Shown in pieces: positions 26,781 through 37,121 of a stretch of DNA of 64,000 bases. A program made the position numbers and the translations under genes. Numbering within the stretch: the stretch's first letter is position 1; each line of letters begins with the position of its first letter. Under the pieces are notes generated by a model. That model saw only the letters and a list, made by a program, of their open reading frames with translations, searched no databases and was not told the origin of the DNA. This DNA comes from an uncultured virus (IMG/VR IMGVR_UViG_3300011867_000002). Its lineage: Duplodnaviria; Heunggongvirae; Uroviricota; Caudoviricetes. The stretch lies in the IMG/VR virus record IMGVR_UViG_3300011867_000002, positions 62,001-126,000 of that record. One strand, written 5' to 3'.

Positions 26781-28889
26781 TCAGTTAATGGTCCAACCTT
26801 TCCTGCTACGTTCTGCTTGCAACACTTCTTGTGGGGCGATCACACCGTCCATAGGATGGTTTGGTCTGATTTTATTTACCCCCTTCAAATAAGACGTCGG
26901 GTTCCGCAAGAAGTCCCGGTGGCCTTGGAATGCAAACAACGCCGCAGCACTGCGGTAGTACATAATGTTGGAACGCACGCCGAGGCCCACTTCGGTACCG
27001 GGTTTCGGCAAACGATAGTCGAACTCTTTCGCCGAACGAATCGTCACGCCGAACACGATCACTTCATTGACAGCCAGATTCACATCCAGTTTGTCGTTGA
27101 CGAGATCGTGGAACTCCTTCAGGAATTCCGTTGGATCGGTGTGGCTATCGCGGGCGTCGACTTCTTTCACCGTCGATTCCAGCATCCTTGCAATCGCGGC
27201 CGAGTGGTCGCTCATGTTAAAGTGCTTCGGTGGCAAGGTCAAGAACGGCATCGACCAATCCCAGTTGCTCATGTCGATGATGTTGTTGCCGGTTGGGACA
27301 TCGACCGACCACCCAAACATCTTCACGTAGTCCAGCAGTTCGTGCGTCATGCTGGCATTGCGGTTTGCCATCCGAACCGGGACGACAACTGGTTCCCATT
27401 CCTGACCATTGACGGTCACAGAGATGGTGATGGTTTCCAGTTCCGAAACGTGGGTCAAGGCCAAGGTACTGACATCTTCCACATTGCGAATGTCGGTCAG
27501 GTTGCGTGCCTGGGTCGGCGCGATGATCAACTTGATCGAGTCCGCAGTTTTCAGTTCCGGTGCCAACACGTACGAGCTTTCGTCTTCTGCTGCCCGTACG
27601 AACTTGCGCATGAAGGAATCGATGATCACGCCGTCGACGTCCGAACTCATGTCCAAGTGTTTCAGGGACAACACTGACTGACTACTCTTTTGCGTCATGT
27701 GGGTACAGCACATGTGGCCGATGTTCGAGCCACGCGGTACCGACAGCGACAGTTCGCCGAAGCAGGTACTGCAAATGCCGTACGGGTCAGGGTGCTGGCA
27801 CTGCTGCACCATGCGCAGCTTGACCTTCTTGCCGATCAAGTGGGTGTCGCTGTAACGGATGACTTTCATGGTGCCATCGTCCGCCAGATAGAACTTGCCG
27901 ACCATGTTCTTCAGGTCAGCCTTGCGACGCACCCGACCAGCTTCACGGTCTTCGCCACGAATGTACCAGTCAACGTAGTTGGTCTGGCCGCAGTCACCCA
28001 TGTGCAGGTTCTGCACCGTTTGGTCAACCAGCTGCAAGCGCCGCGAGAAGTACTCAGCATCTTGCAACTGCGCCTTGGACGATGCCAAGCTCTTAGCTGC
28101 CGAGCGCGACTCCACCATGGCTTCGTACAGTTTCCGGAAGCCGCGCGCGTAACCACGGAGGACTGGCGGACGGAACACATACGAGTCGACGTCGGTCAAG
28201 GTACCGCGTGGGCCGATACACTGCATCAGCTGATCGACCTTCACCGTCCTGGAGTGGACAGCTTTGGCGAGCGGGTTCTTTTGCAGTTCTGGCGCATTCA
28301 TCAAGGTGTCCTTGATCACCTTGTACGCATTGTTCACCGAGGTGGGATTCGGTTGCAGCGTATTGTTGACTTCGCGCACTTTCGGGTGCGCCAAGACATC
28401 CATGAAGTCCAGGATGTTGAGCGAGACCACGTACTCTTCGCAGCGTGTGCTGCAATCGTTGTAAATGTAATTGGTCAACTCGTACGCCCGCTTGAACAAC
28501 TGTTCGCGCAAGTCCACTTCGTCGACCACCTTCATTTCCAACTGCTCGGTCTCGATATTGACGCCGAGCATGCGGGCCTTGTACTCGGGAAGCAAGTACG
28601 CATCGTACACACTCCACATGCACTCACTCAACATCTTCAGGTGGGTGTCGGCATCGAGCAACCCACCTTTCAGTACGTACTGCACGTGATGCCGGAACAG
28701 GAGAGGGGTCTCCCGGTATTCCCGGTGATACTCCCATCCGTAGCCGCTCAGACACACTTCACGCGCATTGGTAATGATCTCGTGCCCGTCGTCAAAGACC
28801 AACTTCAATGGTCCATGCAAACTTTCCCACAGTTGTTCTTGCGAGTAGTCGAGTAACACACGGGCACTATAGCGCTTCAGTTCTGCCAT
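26781..28889 (-). CDS. Non-virion RNA polymerase beta'-like subunit (phiKZ gp74-like)
   Basis: QCIGPRG, YFSRRLQL, DCG, C...ICSTCFG and TQ..SQSVLS.KH (bridge-helix/trigger-loop-like motifs). Confidence 0.9.
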   Translation of the reverse strand: MAELKRYSARVLLDYSQEQLWESLHGPLKLVFDDGHEIITNAREVCLSGYGWEYHREYRETPLLFRHHVQYVLKGGLLDADTHLKMLSECMWSVYDAYLLPEYKARMLGVNIETEQLEMKVVDEVDLREQLFKRAYELTNYIYNDCSTRCEEYVVSLNILDFMDVLAHPKVREVNNTLQPNPTSVNNAYKVIKDTLMNAPELQKNPLAKAVHSRTVKVDQLMQCIGPRGTLTDVDSYVFRPPVLRGYARGFRKLYEAMVESRSAAKSLASSKAQLQDAEYFSRRLQLVDQTVQNLHMGDCGQTNYVDWYIRGEDREAGRVRRKADLKNMVGKFYLADDGTMKVIRYSDTHLIGKKVKLRMVQQCQHPDPYGICSTCFGELSLSVPRGSNIGHMCCTHMTQKSSQSVLSLKHLDMSSDVDGVIIDSFMRKFVRAAEDESSYVLAPELKTADSIKLIIAPTQARNLTDIRNVEDVSTLALTHVSELETITISVTVNGQEWEPVVVPVRMANRNASMTHELLDYVKMFGWSVDVPTGNNIIDMSNWDWSMPFLTLPPKHFNMSDHSAAIARMLESTVKEVDARDSHTDPTEFLKEFHDLVNDKLDVNLAVNEVIVFGVTIRSAKEFDYRLPKPGTEVGLGVRSNIMYYRSAAALFAFQGHRDFLRNPTSYLKGVNKIRPNHPMDGVIAPQEVLQAERSRKGWTIN

Positions 28890-28936
28890 TCTTTCTCCTT
28901 CTTATTTCCCTACCCTCTTTTTAAATAGGGAGCGCA

Positions 28937-31096
28937 TTAGTGAACGTAACCCACGTCTTCGTAGGTAACTTTGGTACCACCAGTTTGCAGCATGTGCTTG
29001 ACCATGACGAGCGGGCGATCTTGGCCGAGCGGGTTCTTCTTGCGGTTGACTGCGCACTGGATGTCGGTCGGGCGTTCTGCCGTGAGGATCGAGTACGTGA
29101 CTTCTTTGTGCGTAGCCGGATTGTTATTCCGGTCATGGCGTTCAGAGGCCAGTTCCCAACCACAGTACGAGACGAAGATGCGCTTTTCTGCTTCGCCGTC
29201 GGTACGCACTGGCGAGTTACGGGTTGGCTGCAAGTACTTCGTGGCGTTCGTCATCTGCGACAACACCGCAAAGTGCTGGGTCTTACCGGATGATACTGCC
29301 GTCCAGTCGTCACCAATCTTCTCCAGCAGCATCACATACATCTCGGCAATCATGACCGGTACCTTGGTCTTGCGTTGCTTACCCGAGTTACCCGTGTACC
29401 ATACCGGCCCGTAGGTCGGCATGTAGAACTTGCGCAGGTCTTGCACGATCTGCTCCGACTCTGGATCGTTGTCGGTCGGCAGGAAGATGAACAAGTCATC
29501 CGCGATCACTTTGCCAAGGTGCGTGGCAGGCGAATCTTTGTATTCGCCAGTGACGTGCCAGTTGTGTTGTTGCGGCGAGACGATCTTGTAGAAACCCATC
29601 AGGTAGTCCCATGCCTTGTTGAAGGTCATCGGATCACGTTGCTGGATTTCCTGCACTTTCATCACGGCGCGCGGGTCTTTGTGTTCGATCCCCAGCATCT
29701 TTTCCAGCGCTTTGCGGCAGTCACGACGCGAAGCATTCATGAACTGTTCGTACAGACGACCGATGTTCATGCGCGAGACGGTCGAGTTCGGGTCCATCAC
29801 GATCATGGCCCGGTTGCCGTTTTCATCGACTGGCATTTCGTGTGCCGGACGAATCTTACAGATGATGCCTTTGCCGCCATGGCAGTCGGTGATCTTGAAG
29901 CCTTCGGTTGGCGTGACTTCGTACTCGATCGTAAATTCAATCGTGTAGTCGTCCAGTGGCTTACGCCGGCGGTGCATGTGGATGCGCTCTTTGTGTTCAC
30001 CCACCATCGCAATCGCTTCTTTCACCATCAGGCTAAAGGCTGGCGACAACTTCAATGCCGAGCCGCGCTGACGATGCAGGCGTTTCCACTCTTGGTGGAT
30101 TTCCAGATAGAACTGGCGCATGCCGGTATGGTACTTCTTGAACATCTCATCCATACCGAACGGCACCAGGCCCGACGTGTTGTACGTATCGTGCCAAATC
30201 TGGATGTCGACGATCTTGCCTTTACCCGCTGAAGCGTAGCAGGGCAAATCGAACGGGATGTTCGGCTCCATGAGGTCGTTGACGCTCATTTCAAACAACG
30301 CCGACTTCTCGTTATAACGCCGCGTCCCCATGACGTAGCCATCCTCACGGATGTATTCGCCAATTTCTGGGAACGGTTTGAACACCACCGTGCCATCCGG
30401 CTTTCTGTAGCCGAAGCCATTGGTCGGGTACGAATCCCGCCCCACTTCCACCATGCGCCGCTCCGTTACCTTGAACTTCATGAACGGCAGCAACTCTTCG
30501 GACACCAGGACACTATCTTCCGAGGTCTCTGGCAGCGAAATGAAGGCAATCGGGATTTCACGCCCGAAGCCATAGTTGCCATGGCTATCTTTTGCAGGAG
30601 AGTCCAGGAAAATCTGGCCTTCCTTGAACGACTTCTTGCCGCAAACCAATTCCTTCATCGCCCCCGTCGACTCGTACTCGAAACCGAAGTACGGGTGATT
30701 CGACGTGTGGGTCGGTAGATCGATGCAGCCGATCTCCTTGGTTTGGTAATCCTCGTAGATCACCACGACCTGTGGTGACTTTGGTGGATTGATGGATGCC
30801 GCTGTAGCACCGCCTGGATAGCGGACCACCGTTTTGATGATGTCACCGGTCGTTGGCATCTTGACCGAGAACGTGTACTTGCCGTACTCGCGTTCCATCC
30901 CGGTCTGGAAGAAACGACGGGTAATCCCGCTGAACACCAGCGCTTGGCCTAAGTGGCTGGCGAACATTTGTTGCCGTGGTGAGGAATCGTGCGCAAACCA
31001 AGGATTCAGTGCGCACACGCCCAAGAACTCCCTTCTCAGTTCATTGGGTTCATGCTTGATGTAATAGGTTGCGGATGGATTTTGTCCATATGGCAT
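28937..31096 (-). CDS. Non-virion RNA polymerase beta-like subunit, C-terminal part (phiKZ gp71-73-like), intron-less
   Basis: SSPRQQMFASH..Q, EDS, GFKITDCHGGKG, MPVD.NG and SRMNIG motifs. Confidence 0.92.
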   Translation of the reverse strand: MPYGQNPSATYYIKHEPNELRREFLGVCALNPWFAHDSSPRQQMFASHLGQALVFSGITRRFFQTGMEREYGKYTFSVKMPTTGDIIKTVVRYPGGATAASINPPKSPQVVVIYEDYQTKEIGCIDLPTHTSNHPYFGFEYESTGAMKELVCGKKSFKEGQIFLDSPAKDSHGNYGFGREIPIAFISLPETSEDSVLVSEELLPFMKFKVTERRMVEVGRDSYPTNGFGYRKPDGTVVFKPFPEIGEYIREDGYVMGTRRYNEKSALFEMSVNDLMEPNIPFDLPCYASAGKGKIVDIQIWHDTYNTSGLVPFGMDEMFKKYHTGMRQFYLEIHQEWKRLHRQRGSALKLSPAFSLMVKEAIAMVGEHKERIHMHRRRKPLDDYTIEFTIEYEVTPTEGFKITDCHGGKGIICKIRPAHEMPVDENGNRAMIVMDPNSTVSRMNIGRLYEQFMNASRRDCRKALEKMLGIEHKDPRAVMKVQEIQQRDPMTFNKAWDYLMGFYKIVSPQQHNWHVTGEYKDSPATHLGKVIADDLFIFLPTDNDPESEQIVQDLRKFYMPTYGPVWYTGNSGKQRKTKVPVMIAEMYVMLLEKIGDDWTAVSSGKTQHFAVLSQMTNATKYLQPTRNSPVRTDGEAEKRIFVSYCGWELASERHDRNNNPATHKEVTYSILTAERPTDIQCAVNRKKNPLGQDRPLVMVKHMLQTGGTKVTYEDVGYVH

Positions 31097-31173
31097 TTGC
31101 GTTATCTTCCTTTTTATTCCTGTTATAACAACAAACTCTTTGTATGACTACAGTACTGTTTCCAGTACACATC

Positions 31174-31195
31174 GGTAATATGTCATTCTAATTTT
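31174..31195 (-). promoter_or_regulatory. Early-type promoter motif
   Basis: Minus strand AAAATT-N6-ACATATTACC upstream of nvRNAP beta. Confidence 0.65.
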
Positions 31196-31207
31196 TTAAG
31201 GACCAGC

Positions 31208-31546
31208 ATGGACATCAATAGCCTTGCGATCGATTCAGGCGCGTTCAGCTATTACACTGAACAAGTGCGCAACGCCATCGACGACCACATGACTTTCTTG
31301 CGTAACCATGTAAGCAACTCTATCGTGTACTTCTCCCCAAAGGACATCGAACGCTTCGAAGGCGATCTGTACGGCCTCTTCTTAGCCAATAACATTCCGC
31401 CACAGTACCATTACTGCGTGCGGCGGATGAATCAACTCGATTCGGCGCAGATCGTCCCCGAAGACTTAGCTGCTGTGGTGATCCCGGATTACAAGGTCGT
31501 CGACGTGATCAGGCAGTCGGTGACGACCAAGAGTAGTGTGACCTAG
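31208..31546 (+). CDS. Conserved small hypothetical protein
   Basis: 112 aa, RBS AAGGA; contains a GDLYGL...RMN motif. Confidence 0.75.
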   Translation: MDINSLAIDSGAFSYYTEQVRNAIDDHMTFLRNHVSNSIVYFSPKDIERFEGDLYGLFLANNIPPQYHYCVRRMNQLDSAQIVPEDLAAVVIPDYKVVDVIRQSVTTKSSVT

Positions 31547-31561
31547 TACGTTACTACAAAG

Positions 31562-31603
31562 AAAAAAGGACGGACCCGTGAGGGTATCCGTCCTTTTATG
31601 CCG
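31562..31603. terminator. Bidirectional terminator with TTTTATGCCG
   Basis: AAAAGGACGGA...TCCGTCCTTTT stem. Confidence 0.85.
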
Positions 31604-31605
31604 CG

Positions 31606-32970
31606 TTAGAAGGGCTTGCGGGCGCCGCCGGTGAAGCCACCCTGTTGTGCCCAGCCAGGGGTGCGCTCTTGGTCGTTGTACTGGTTGGGATAATGACCAT
31701 GCGTCTGGACGCCCAGTTGGGCCGCCAGTGCTGGGTTGCTACCCATCAGTGCAGCGAAGTCCACTTTGCCATTGGACTTGACCACCGGACCCGCGTTGTT
31801 CTGCGGTGGTGGCTGGTAACCGCCCCATGGCTGGCTGTTACCGGTGAAGGTCGATGGCGGCGGTTGATACTGCGGTGCCGGTGCTGGCGTCGGTGCCGGG
31901 AAGGGCGACGTGGCCACAGGGGTACTGGGGATTTCCACCTTTTCACCCGTGATCGGATTGATCATCACCTGCTTCTTGGCAGCGGCTGCCGGTGCTGCGG
32001 GTGCAGCCGCTTGTGCTGCTGGTGCGGCGGCTGTCGCGGTTGGCGCATTCGGGGCAGGTCCTTCATTGCCTTCGAACATGCCGAGGTTACGGGCTTGTGC
32101 GTAGAGACCGCCGATATTGCTGACGATCTCGTGTGCCCAGTCCAGTGGCGCGATCAGCTGGTCGGCCTGTTCGATATGGTCGCTGAACAGTTCGAGCTGG
32201 TCGTTGAAGAAGCCGAACAGAGGAGCTGATGCTTTCAGGAGCGATTCCGTGGTCGGTGCCATCTGCGACAGGCTGCCGACGTGATAGTGATCCTTCTTGC
32301 CGATGTTCGGGATCACGTATTCCATCGCCTTCTTGAACGACTCCACGTCTTTTGGACGCAGCTTGACGTTCTTGCCTGGCGCACTGACCACACCTTCCTT
32401 GGTCGCATTGCACAGCGCTTCGTAGATCGGGAAGCTGACGATCGCGGCGCGCGCGAACTTCTCGGCCTTGTAGGTGCCGTCTTCCTGTGCCACGTTGACC
32501 ACGCCACCTGGCTTGCTGTAGATGTTGACCATCGCACGGTCGCCAGGGAAAGCGTCGAGCAGCTTGGCGTAGTTCGGCAGCGATTCCTTTTCATCGACCT
32601 TCTTGACGAAGGACAGGAACTCGGTTTGGTCAGGCTTCAGTTGCGCATGCTTGCCGGTGTCGCGGGCCACCTTCAGCAAGGTGCCAACGATGATGCCGAA
32701 CATGGAGTTCAGGCGGATGTTGAGAATCGTACGAATCGCCTCGTGGATCGGCGACTCTTTGCGCGACAGCGATTCGTACAGCGGGTTGAAGACGATCCGG
32801 TTGCTGAAGTCCGGGTTGTCGAGTTGGGCGTCGAACGGCAACACCAGGCGCTGGTCTTTGATCGTCAGCGGCACGATCTGCTGTTTTTCCATACGCGACA
32901 CAAAACCATCGGTGTCATGCAGGAGTCCCAGCGCCTTCAGAAAGTTTACGTAAAATTCATTCAACTTCAT
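31606..32970 (-). CDS. Conserved nucleus-block protein (phiKZ gp70-like) with a P/A/Q-rich disordered tail
   Basis: 454 aa; lies between the PicA-like gene and nvRNAP beta. Confidence 0.7.
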   Translation of the reverse strand: MKLNEFYVNFLKALGLLHDTDGFVSRMEKQQIVPLTIKDQRLVLPFDAQLDNPDFSNRIVFNPLYESLSRKESPIHEAIRTILNIRLNSMFGIIVGTLLKVARDTGKHAQLKPDQTEFLSFVKKVDEKESLPNYAKLLDAFPGDRAMVNIYSKPGGVVNVAQEDGTYKAEKFARAAIVSFPIYEALCNATKEGVVSAPGKNVKLRPKDVESFKKAMEYVIPNIGKKDHYHVGSLSQMAPTTESLLKASAPLFGFFNDQLELFSDHIEQADQLIAPLDWAHEIVSNIGGLYAQARNLGMFEGNEGPAPNAPTATAAAPAAQAAAPAAPAAAAKKQVMINPITGEKVEIPSTPVATSPFPAPTPAPAPQYQPPPSTFTGNSQPWGGYQPPPQNNAGPVVKSNGKVDFAALMGSNPALAAQLGVQTHGHYPNQYNDQERTPGWAQQGGFTGGARKPF

Positions 32971-33013
32971 GTCAATTCCTTTCTAGCCCCATTGCTGGGG
33001 CCGCTTGGTATTA

Positions 33014-34519
33014 TTAGAAAAGCTTCTTGCCGCCGGTTTGGTAGACCGCATTCTTCAGCACAGGCAACTGGGTCGCTGCGTCCGAGATCATGTCGCCCAG
33101 GGTCTGGAACTCGTGCGCCATGTTGAAGGCCGCTTGCGGGTTCGAGGTGACGACTGGCGACAGCAACGAACCAGCGAAGGTCGGTGCCACGAACTCGACA
33201 GATGGATTGCCGTCGATCGAGATGAACATGCGGCTGTCGCTGTCGACCAGCATGTACAGGTCCAGTTCCAGCGCACGCTGGTTCTGTTCCGACAGGGGCA
33301 TGAACACTTCTTTGATGATGCGCTGTTCCACGGTGCGCAGCTGTTGGGTCACATCGACCTCGGTGAAGGTACCCCAGTCGAGCACGTTGGCAACAGGTTG
33401 GCCCGTTGCGAAGACGCGATTGCTGACCTTGATGTGGGCACGCATCAGCATGTTTTCCATCATCAAGCCAGGCACCGAATCTTTGATGAAGGACGCCATG
33501 CGTTGCAGTGGGCGGGCAGCGGCCCAGTTTTCACCAGGACCACGGGCACGCACTTCATGCACGTCTTTCGAGATCGGGATCACACGCGGTGCACGGGTGT
33601 GTTCGTTCAGGCACAGGCGTTGCAACTCGCCGAGCGTGAAGTGGTTGTTCACGGCCTCGTTGTAACCGAGACCGCGCACGCCACGCAGCGCACGCAGGAA
33701 CAGGTCATTTGCCGCTTCCTGTTCTTGGATCAAGCCCTGGGCTTCGCTCAGCTTGTCGAAGCCAGTGCCACCGATTTCACCGGAACTGTCGTTCGCCGTG
33801 GCATAGGCCGACAGCACCTTGGAGACGAACATGCCGGCCATGGCATTACCCGCTGCCGACTTGATCGGTGCATTCGACACCACCGTACGTTCATCGTAGA
33901 TGTCCTGCTGCGGCGTTTCCAGTTCGAGCTTGGTCTGGCCGATGTAGCTGAACACGTCCATTGGGCGAATACGGAAATCGTATTTCTTGTTGAAACCCTC
34001 GAACTTGTTGTCGGCGATCAGCTGCGATGCTTCGCCCAGGCCAGTGATCGGTACCGCAACACCGCTGGTGCGGTCGATGTACTTGCGCAGCACGGTCACG
34101 GTGCCGATGTAGAACGGCATGTGCGGGTTGATTGAACCCATGAGAGAACGGTCAACGGGATCGCTGAACGCCGTCATCACCATGTCGACAGTGTGGCCGG
34201 TTTCCGAACGGATGCTCACTTCGAGCAGCGCGCGGTACACGGGACGGTCCCAGTTATTGGCAGCCGATGGTGCCTGACCTGGGATGTTCGGCATCGACAC
34301 CGGCGTGCCCTGCATGGCTGGCATCAGGAACGAATCTGCCACACCCGAAGCCAGTGCGCCGGTCGAGAGCGAGCCTTTCACGTTACGGAAACGTTGGACG
34401 ATCAGGTCGTGAACGTTACCATCCACCCGTGCTTCGAACGAGCGACGGTATTGCGGCTGGTACGACGACGACTCCTGAATCATCAGTTTGGAAACACCAA
34501 CATTGTTTTCGATAGCCAT
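33014..34519 (-). CDS. picA: Phage-nucleus protein importer PicA/Imp1 (phiKZ gp69-like)
   Basis: 501 aa, immediately downstream of the gp68-like gene; assigned by synteny and size. Confidence 0.7.
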   Translation of the reverse strand: MAIENNVGVSKLMIQESSSYQPQYRRSFEARVDGNVHDLIVQRFRNVKGSLSTGALASGVADSFLMPAMQGTPVSMPNIPGQAPSAANNWDRPVYRALLEVSIRSETGHTVDMVMTAFSDPVDRSLMGSINPHMPFYIGTVTVLRKYIDRTSGVAVPITGLGEASQLIADNKFEGFNKKYDFRIRPMDVFSYIGQTKLELETPQQDIYDERTVVSNAPIKSAAGNAMAGMFVSKVLSAYATANDSSGEIGGTGFDKLSEAQGLIQEQEAANDLFLRALRGVRGLGYNEAVNNHFTLGELQRLCLNEHTRAPRVIPISKDVHEVRARGPGENWAAARPLQRMASFIKDSVPGLMMENMLMRAHIKVSNRVFATGQPVANVLDWGTFTEVDVTQQLRTVEQRIIKEVFMPLSEQNQRALELDLYMLVDSDSRMFISIDGNPSVEFVAPTFAGSLLSPVVTSNPQAAFNMAHEFQTLGDMISDAATQLPVLKNAVYQTGGKKLF

Positions 34520-36079
34520 TTAAAATTCCCCCTTTGCAACCTTGATTACGAAATCAGCCAAGCGAATTCGGAAATTGCTTGGAATGAAAAAACTACGGTT
34601 TACTTCACTCCGGTTCATCTGCATCACCCATTCCCCAGGCAACGTCAGTGTCCAGTTTTGTTTACTGAGCTTCTTTTCGATACTTTCAATCTCCTGCTGT
34701 GCGACATTGGTTTGGTCTTGTTTCGCCTTGGCCGTCAAACGGCGCTGATACGGATACAACACGCGCAGTTCTTCCATCTGGACGTCAAGAATGCGGGCAC
34801 GATGGTCAGGACCACCTCCCAAACTCATTTCATCCGACCGGGCCGTGGCAGCGGCTGCCAACTCTGGATAACCACGGTGCCAGAGCACCGCTTGGACGAC
34901 ACCCATCACTCCCATAATGGTTTCGTGGTTCAAGAGTTTCAGCGCTTGCGGTGACAACACTTTCTTCACCGCCATTTGCATGATGATCAACTGCTCATCG
35001 GTTGGAATCCCTCTGTGCAGTTGCCGCACCGATGAAATGGAGCGGTTCACCATTTTGAGATCAATGTCCGGGCACATTTGCTTGGCCATGACACTGGTCC
35101 GTTCTGCGTACACCTGGAACGCCGTGATGTTGCCTTGGGCGATTGCCACGGGTGTACGGTAGCCTTCGAGCGTGGAGAGATTGTTCTCGCCTTCGCTTTG
35201 GGTTCCTTCAAACTTCTTCTCCGAAATCGCACCACCGAAGCCGTTGTCGCTGTTCTTCAGTTTGTGCGCGATGTAATTGTACAGTACGGTGATGCATGAG
35301 GTGGTTGATTCCCGGTTAAAGAAATCCAAGCACCCCAGCTTCCGCACGACTACCACACCCAGCATCCATTCCGAATACTCTTCCGTGGACAGGCCCTTGC
35401 GCATGGCCGACATCTTGACTTGGTCGGGCTTGGTATTGAAGCGCACGTATTCACGCAGCTTTACCATCGCAGGGTGTTCGAAGATGTCCGATTGGTTCAG
35501 TAATTGGTACGCTTTGTATTCCTTGAAGTTCGTGCCCACCGGCCGCTGCACGCGGTAGATGTACGAGCCCCAAACAGGAATCATGCAGCGCACCATGATC
35601 GACATCGCGATCAACCACTTGTAGTCTTCCAGCAGGTACGTTCCTTCGCGCGGCTTCTTGCTGGTGTTGGCCGCGTCGTATGACACCAAGAGCTTGGGGT
35701 CATTGGTAGGGATGATCGCATTGCTGCGATAGTCGGCCCAGTTCTTGACTTCTTCGATGTCGTGCAGTTCAATCACGCGCGCCACCAGTGGGATCAAGGC
35801 ACGGGTCAAGCTCTCGTATTCGTATCCTTCTGCCGAATGGAAGAGATCGTTGATATCGCGGTACACCGCAAATATCTGTTCTTGACGCGCTGCATTCAGA
35901 CTTTCCCAATACCGATTGATCAATTCGTACGGATCAATCTTGGCAGCAAAGACCGACTTCTTGGCCTTGGTTGCCGTTTCCAGAAACTCGACCATCCAGT
36001 CCAGTTCTTCATTGTTGTGGACAATGGAGATGACAGCACGGTCTTCTTCGACGCTTTGTTTCTTGACAATGATTTTCAA
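34520..36079 (-). CDS. Non-virion RNAP promoter-specificity subunit (phiKZ gp68-like)
   Basis: In-frame TTG 36079 with RBS GGGAG gives 519 aa and lies downstream of a promoter motif; assigned by synteny. Confidence 0.75.
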   Translation of the reverse strand: MKIIVKKQSVEEDRAVISIVHNNEELDWMVEFLETATKAKKSVFAAKIDPYELINRYWESLNAARQEQIFAVYRDINDLFHSAEGYEYESLTRALIPLVARVIELHDIEEVKNWADYRSNAIIPTNDPKLLVSYDAANTSKKPREGTYLLEDYKWLIAMSIMVRCMIPVWGSYIYRVQRPVGTNFKEYKAYQLLNQSDIFEHPAMVKLREYVRFNTKPDQVKMSAMRKGLSTEEYSEWMLGVVVVRKLGCLDFFNRESTTSCITVLYNYIAHKLKNSDNGFGGAISEKKFEGTQSEGENNLSTLEGYRTPVAIAQGNITAFQVYAERTSVMAKQMCPDIDLKMVNRSISSVRQLHRGIPTDEQLIIMQMAVKKVLSPQALKLLNHETIMGVMGVVQAVLWHRGYPELAAAATARSDEMSLGGGPDHRARILDVQMEELRVLYPYQRRLTAKAKQDQTNVAQQEIESIEKKLSKQNWTLTLPGEWVMQMNRSEVNRSFFIPSNFRIRLADFVIKVAKGEF

Positions 36080-36117
36080 ATGTCTCTCCCTAAAAGACTC
36101 TGTTACCAGCTCAAGTA

Positions 36118-36140
36118 CGTGATATGTGACTGTGAATTTT
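36118..36140 (-). promoter_or_regulatory. Early-type promoter motif (variant)
   Basis: Minus strand AAAATT-N7-ACATATCACG. Confidence 0.55.
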
Positions 36141-36227
36141 TTGTGTCGATCACACACCACTAGGCAAAAAAGCTGGATGGAAGAACCATCCAGCTTTTTT
36201 ATGCCGACTACTATTTACTACACTTGC

Positions 36228-37028
36228 TTAGAAGGGGATGTCGACGTCATCGCCGCCGCCCCAGCCGTCGTTACCGCCGCCACCGCTGTTACCACCGTGG
36301 CCGCCACCGCCACCATTGCTGCCCCGGTAGTTATTGCCGCCGCTGTTGCCGCGGAAGTTGTTACCACCGCCGCCACCGCCACGGTTGTTCGGATCGAACG
36401 GAGGTGGTTCCTCGTAGTTGTCGGTCAGCAGCTGGGCGACAACTTTGCCCATGCGTTTCACGTACGACTTGGCGTAGCGCACCGAGATGACCGCGTCGGA
36501 CACCGGCGAGCCGTCGGCGTTTTTCCAGTCGAAGAAGCCAGCCGGTGGCAGGAAGCGGAACACGATGACCGGGCGACCTTCTTTGAAGTGCTTGACGGTC
36601 ATGCACATCACGCCATCCTTGTCCTTGCCGACGATGACGCTCGCCTGTGGCATCGGTTCGGACGAACGTTTGCCTTGCATGAAGACGTGATTTTTGCTGA
36701 CCACGGTTTCGCGGCGACCCGCTTCCCATTCGGTCGCTTCCAGGATCGTTTCCATCAGCGTACCCCAGGTACCGAAGTCGAACGGCGCGATGATCTTGCC
36801 GTAGTCGGTGGTCTGGTCGTTCTCGGTCGGGCAACCGGTCTTGACGACGATGTGCGGATTCTGAAGGCTTTGTGGGCCGTTCTTCTTCAGCATCACCATC
36901 AGTTTCGACTTGCGCTTTTGTGCTTCGCCAGCAGCCGTCGGGCACGGTGCGGACAGTGCCAAGAACGGGTCGTCCAGCAGCGTCTTCGGTGCTTTTGGAC
37001 GGTTGTTATTCTGTTGATAATCGGCCAT
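36228..37028 (-). CDS. chmC: Nucleus-associated RNA-binding protein ChmC (phiKZ gp67-like)
   Basis: 266 aa; globular domain plus G/N-rich disordered tail ending DDVDIPF; directly upstream of the gp68-like gene. Confidence 0.75.
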   Translation of the reverse strand: MADYQQNNNRPKAPKTLLDDPFLALSAPCPTAAGEAQKRKSKLMVMLKKNGPQSLQNPHIVVKTGCPTENDQTTDYGKIIAPFDFGTWGTLMETILEATEWEAGRRETVVSKNHVFMQGKRSSEPMPQASVIVGKDKDGVMCMTVKHFKEGRPVIVFRFLPPAGFFDWKNADGSPVSDAVISVRYAKSYVKRMGKVVAQLLTDNYEEPPPFDPNNRGGGGGGNNFRGNSGGNNYRGSNGGGGGHGGNSGGGGNDGWGGGDDVDIPF

Positions 37029-37121
37029 GTGGCCCTCCTTGTGTTGTTGTGGTTATGGCGTTATCGGTTATACACATCATGAGTTGGACGTGTAATTTTT
37101 AACCCTGCGCCAGAAATCGCC

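Noticed and set aside
36250..36385. CCG/CCA/GTT triplet-like repeats
   Set aside because: They simply encode the Gly/Asn-rich tail of the ChmC-like protein.
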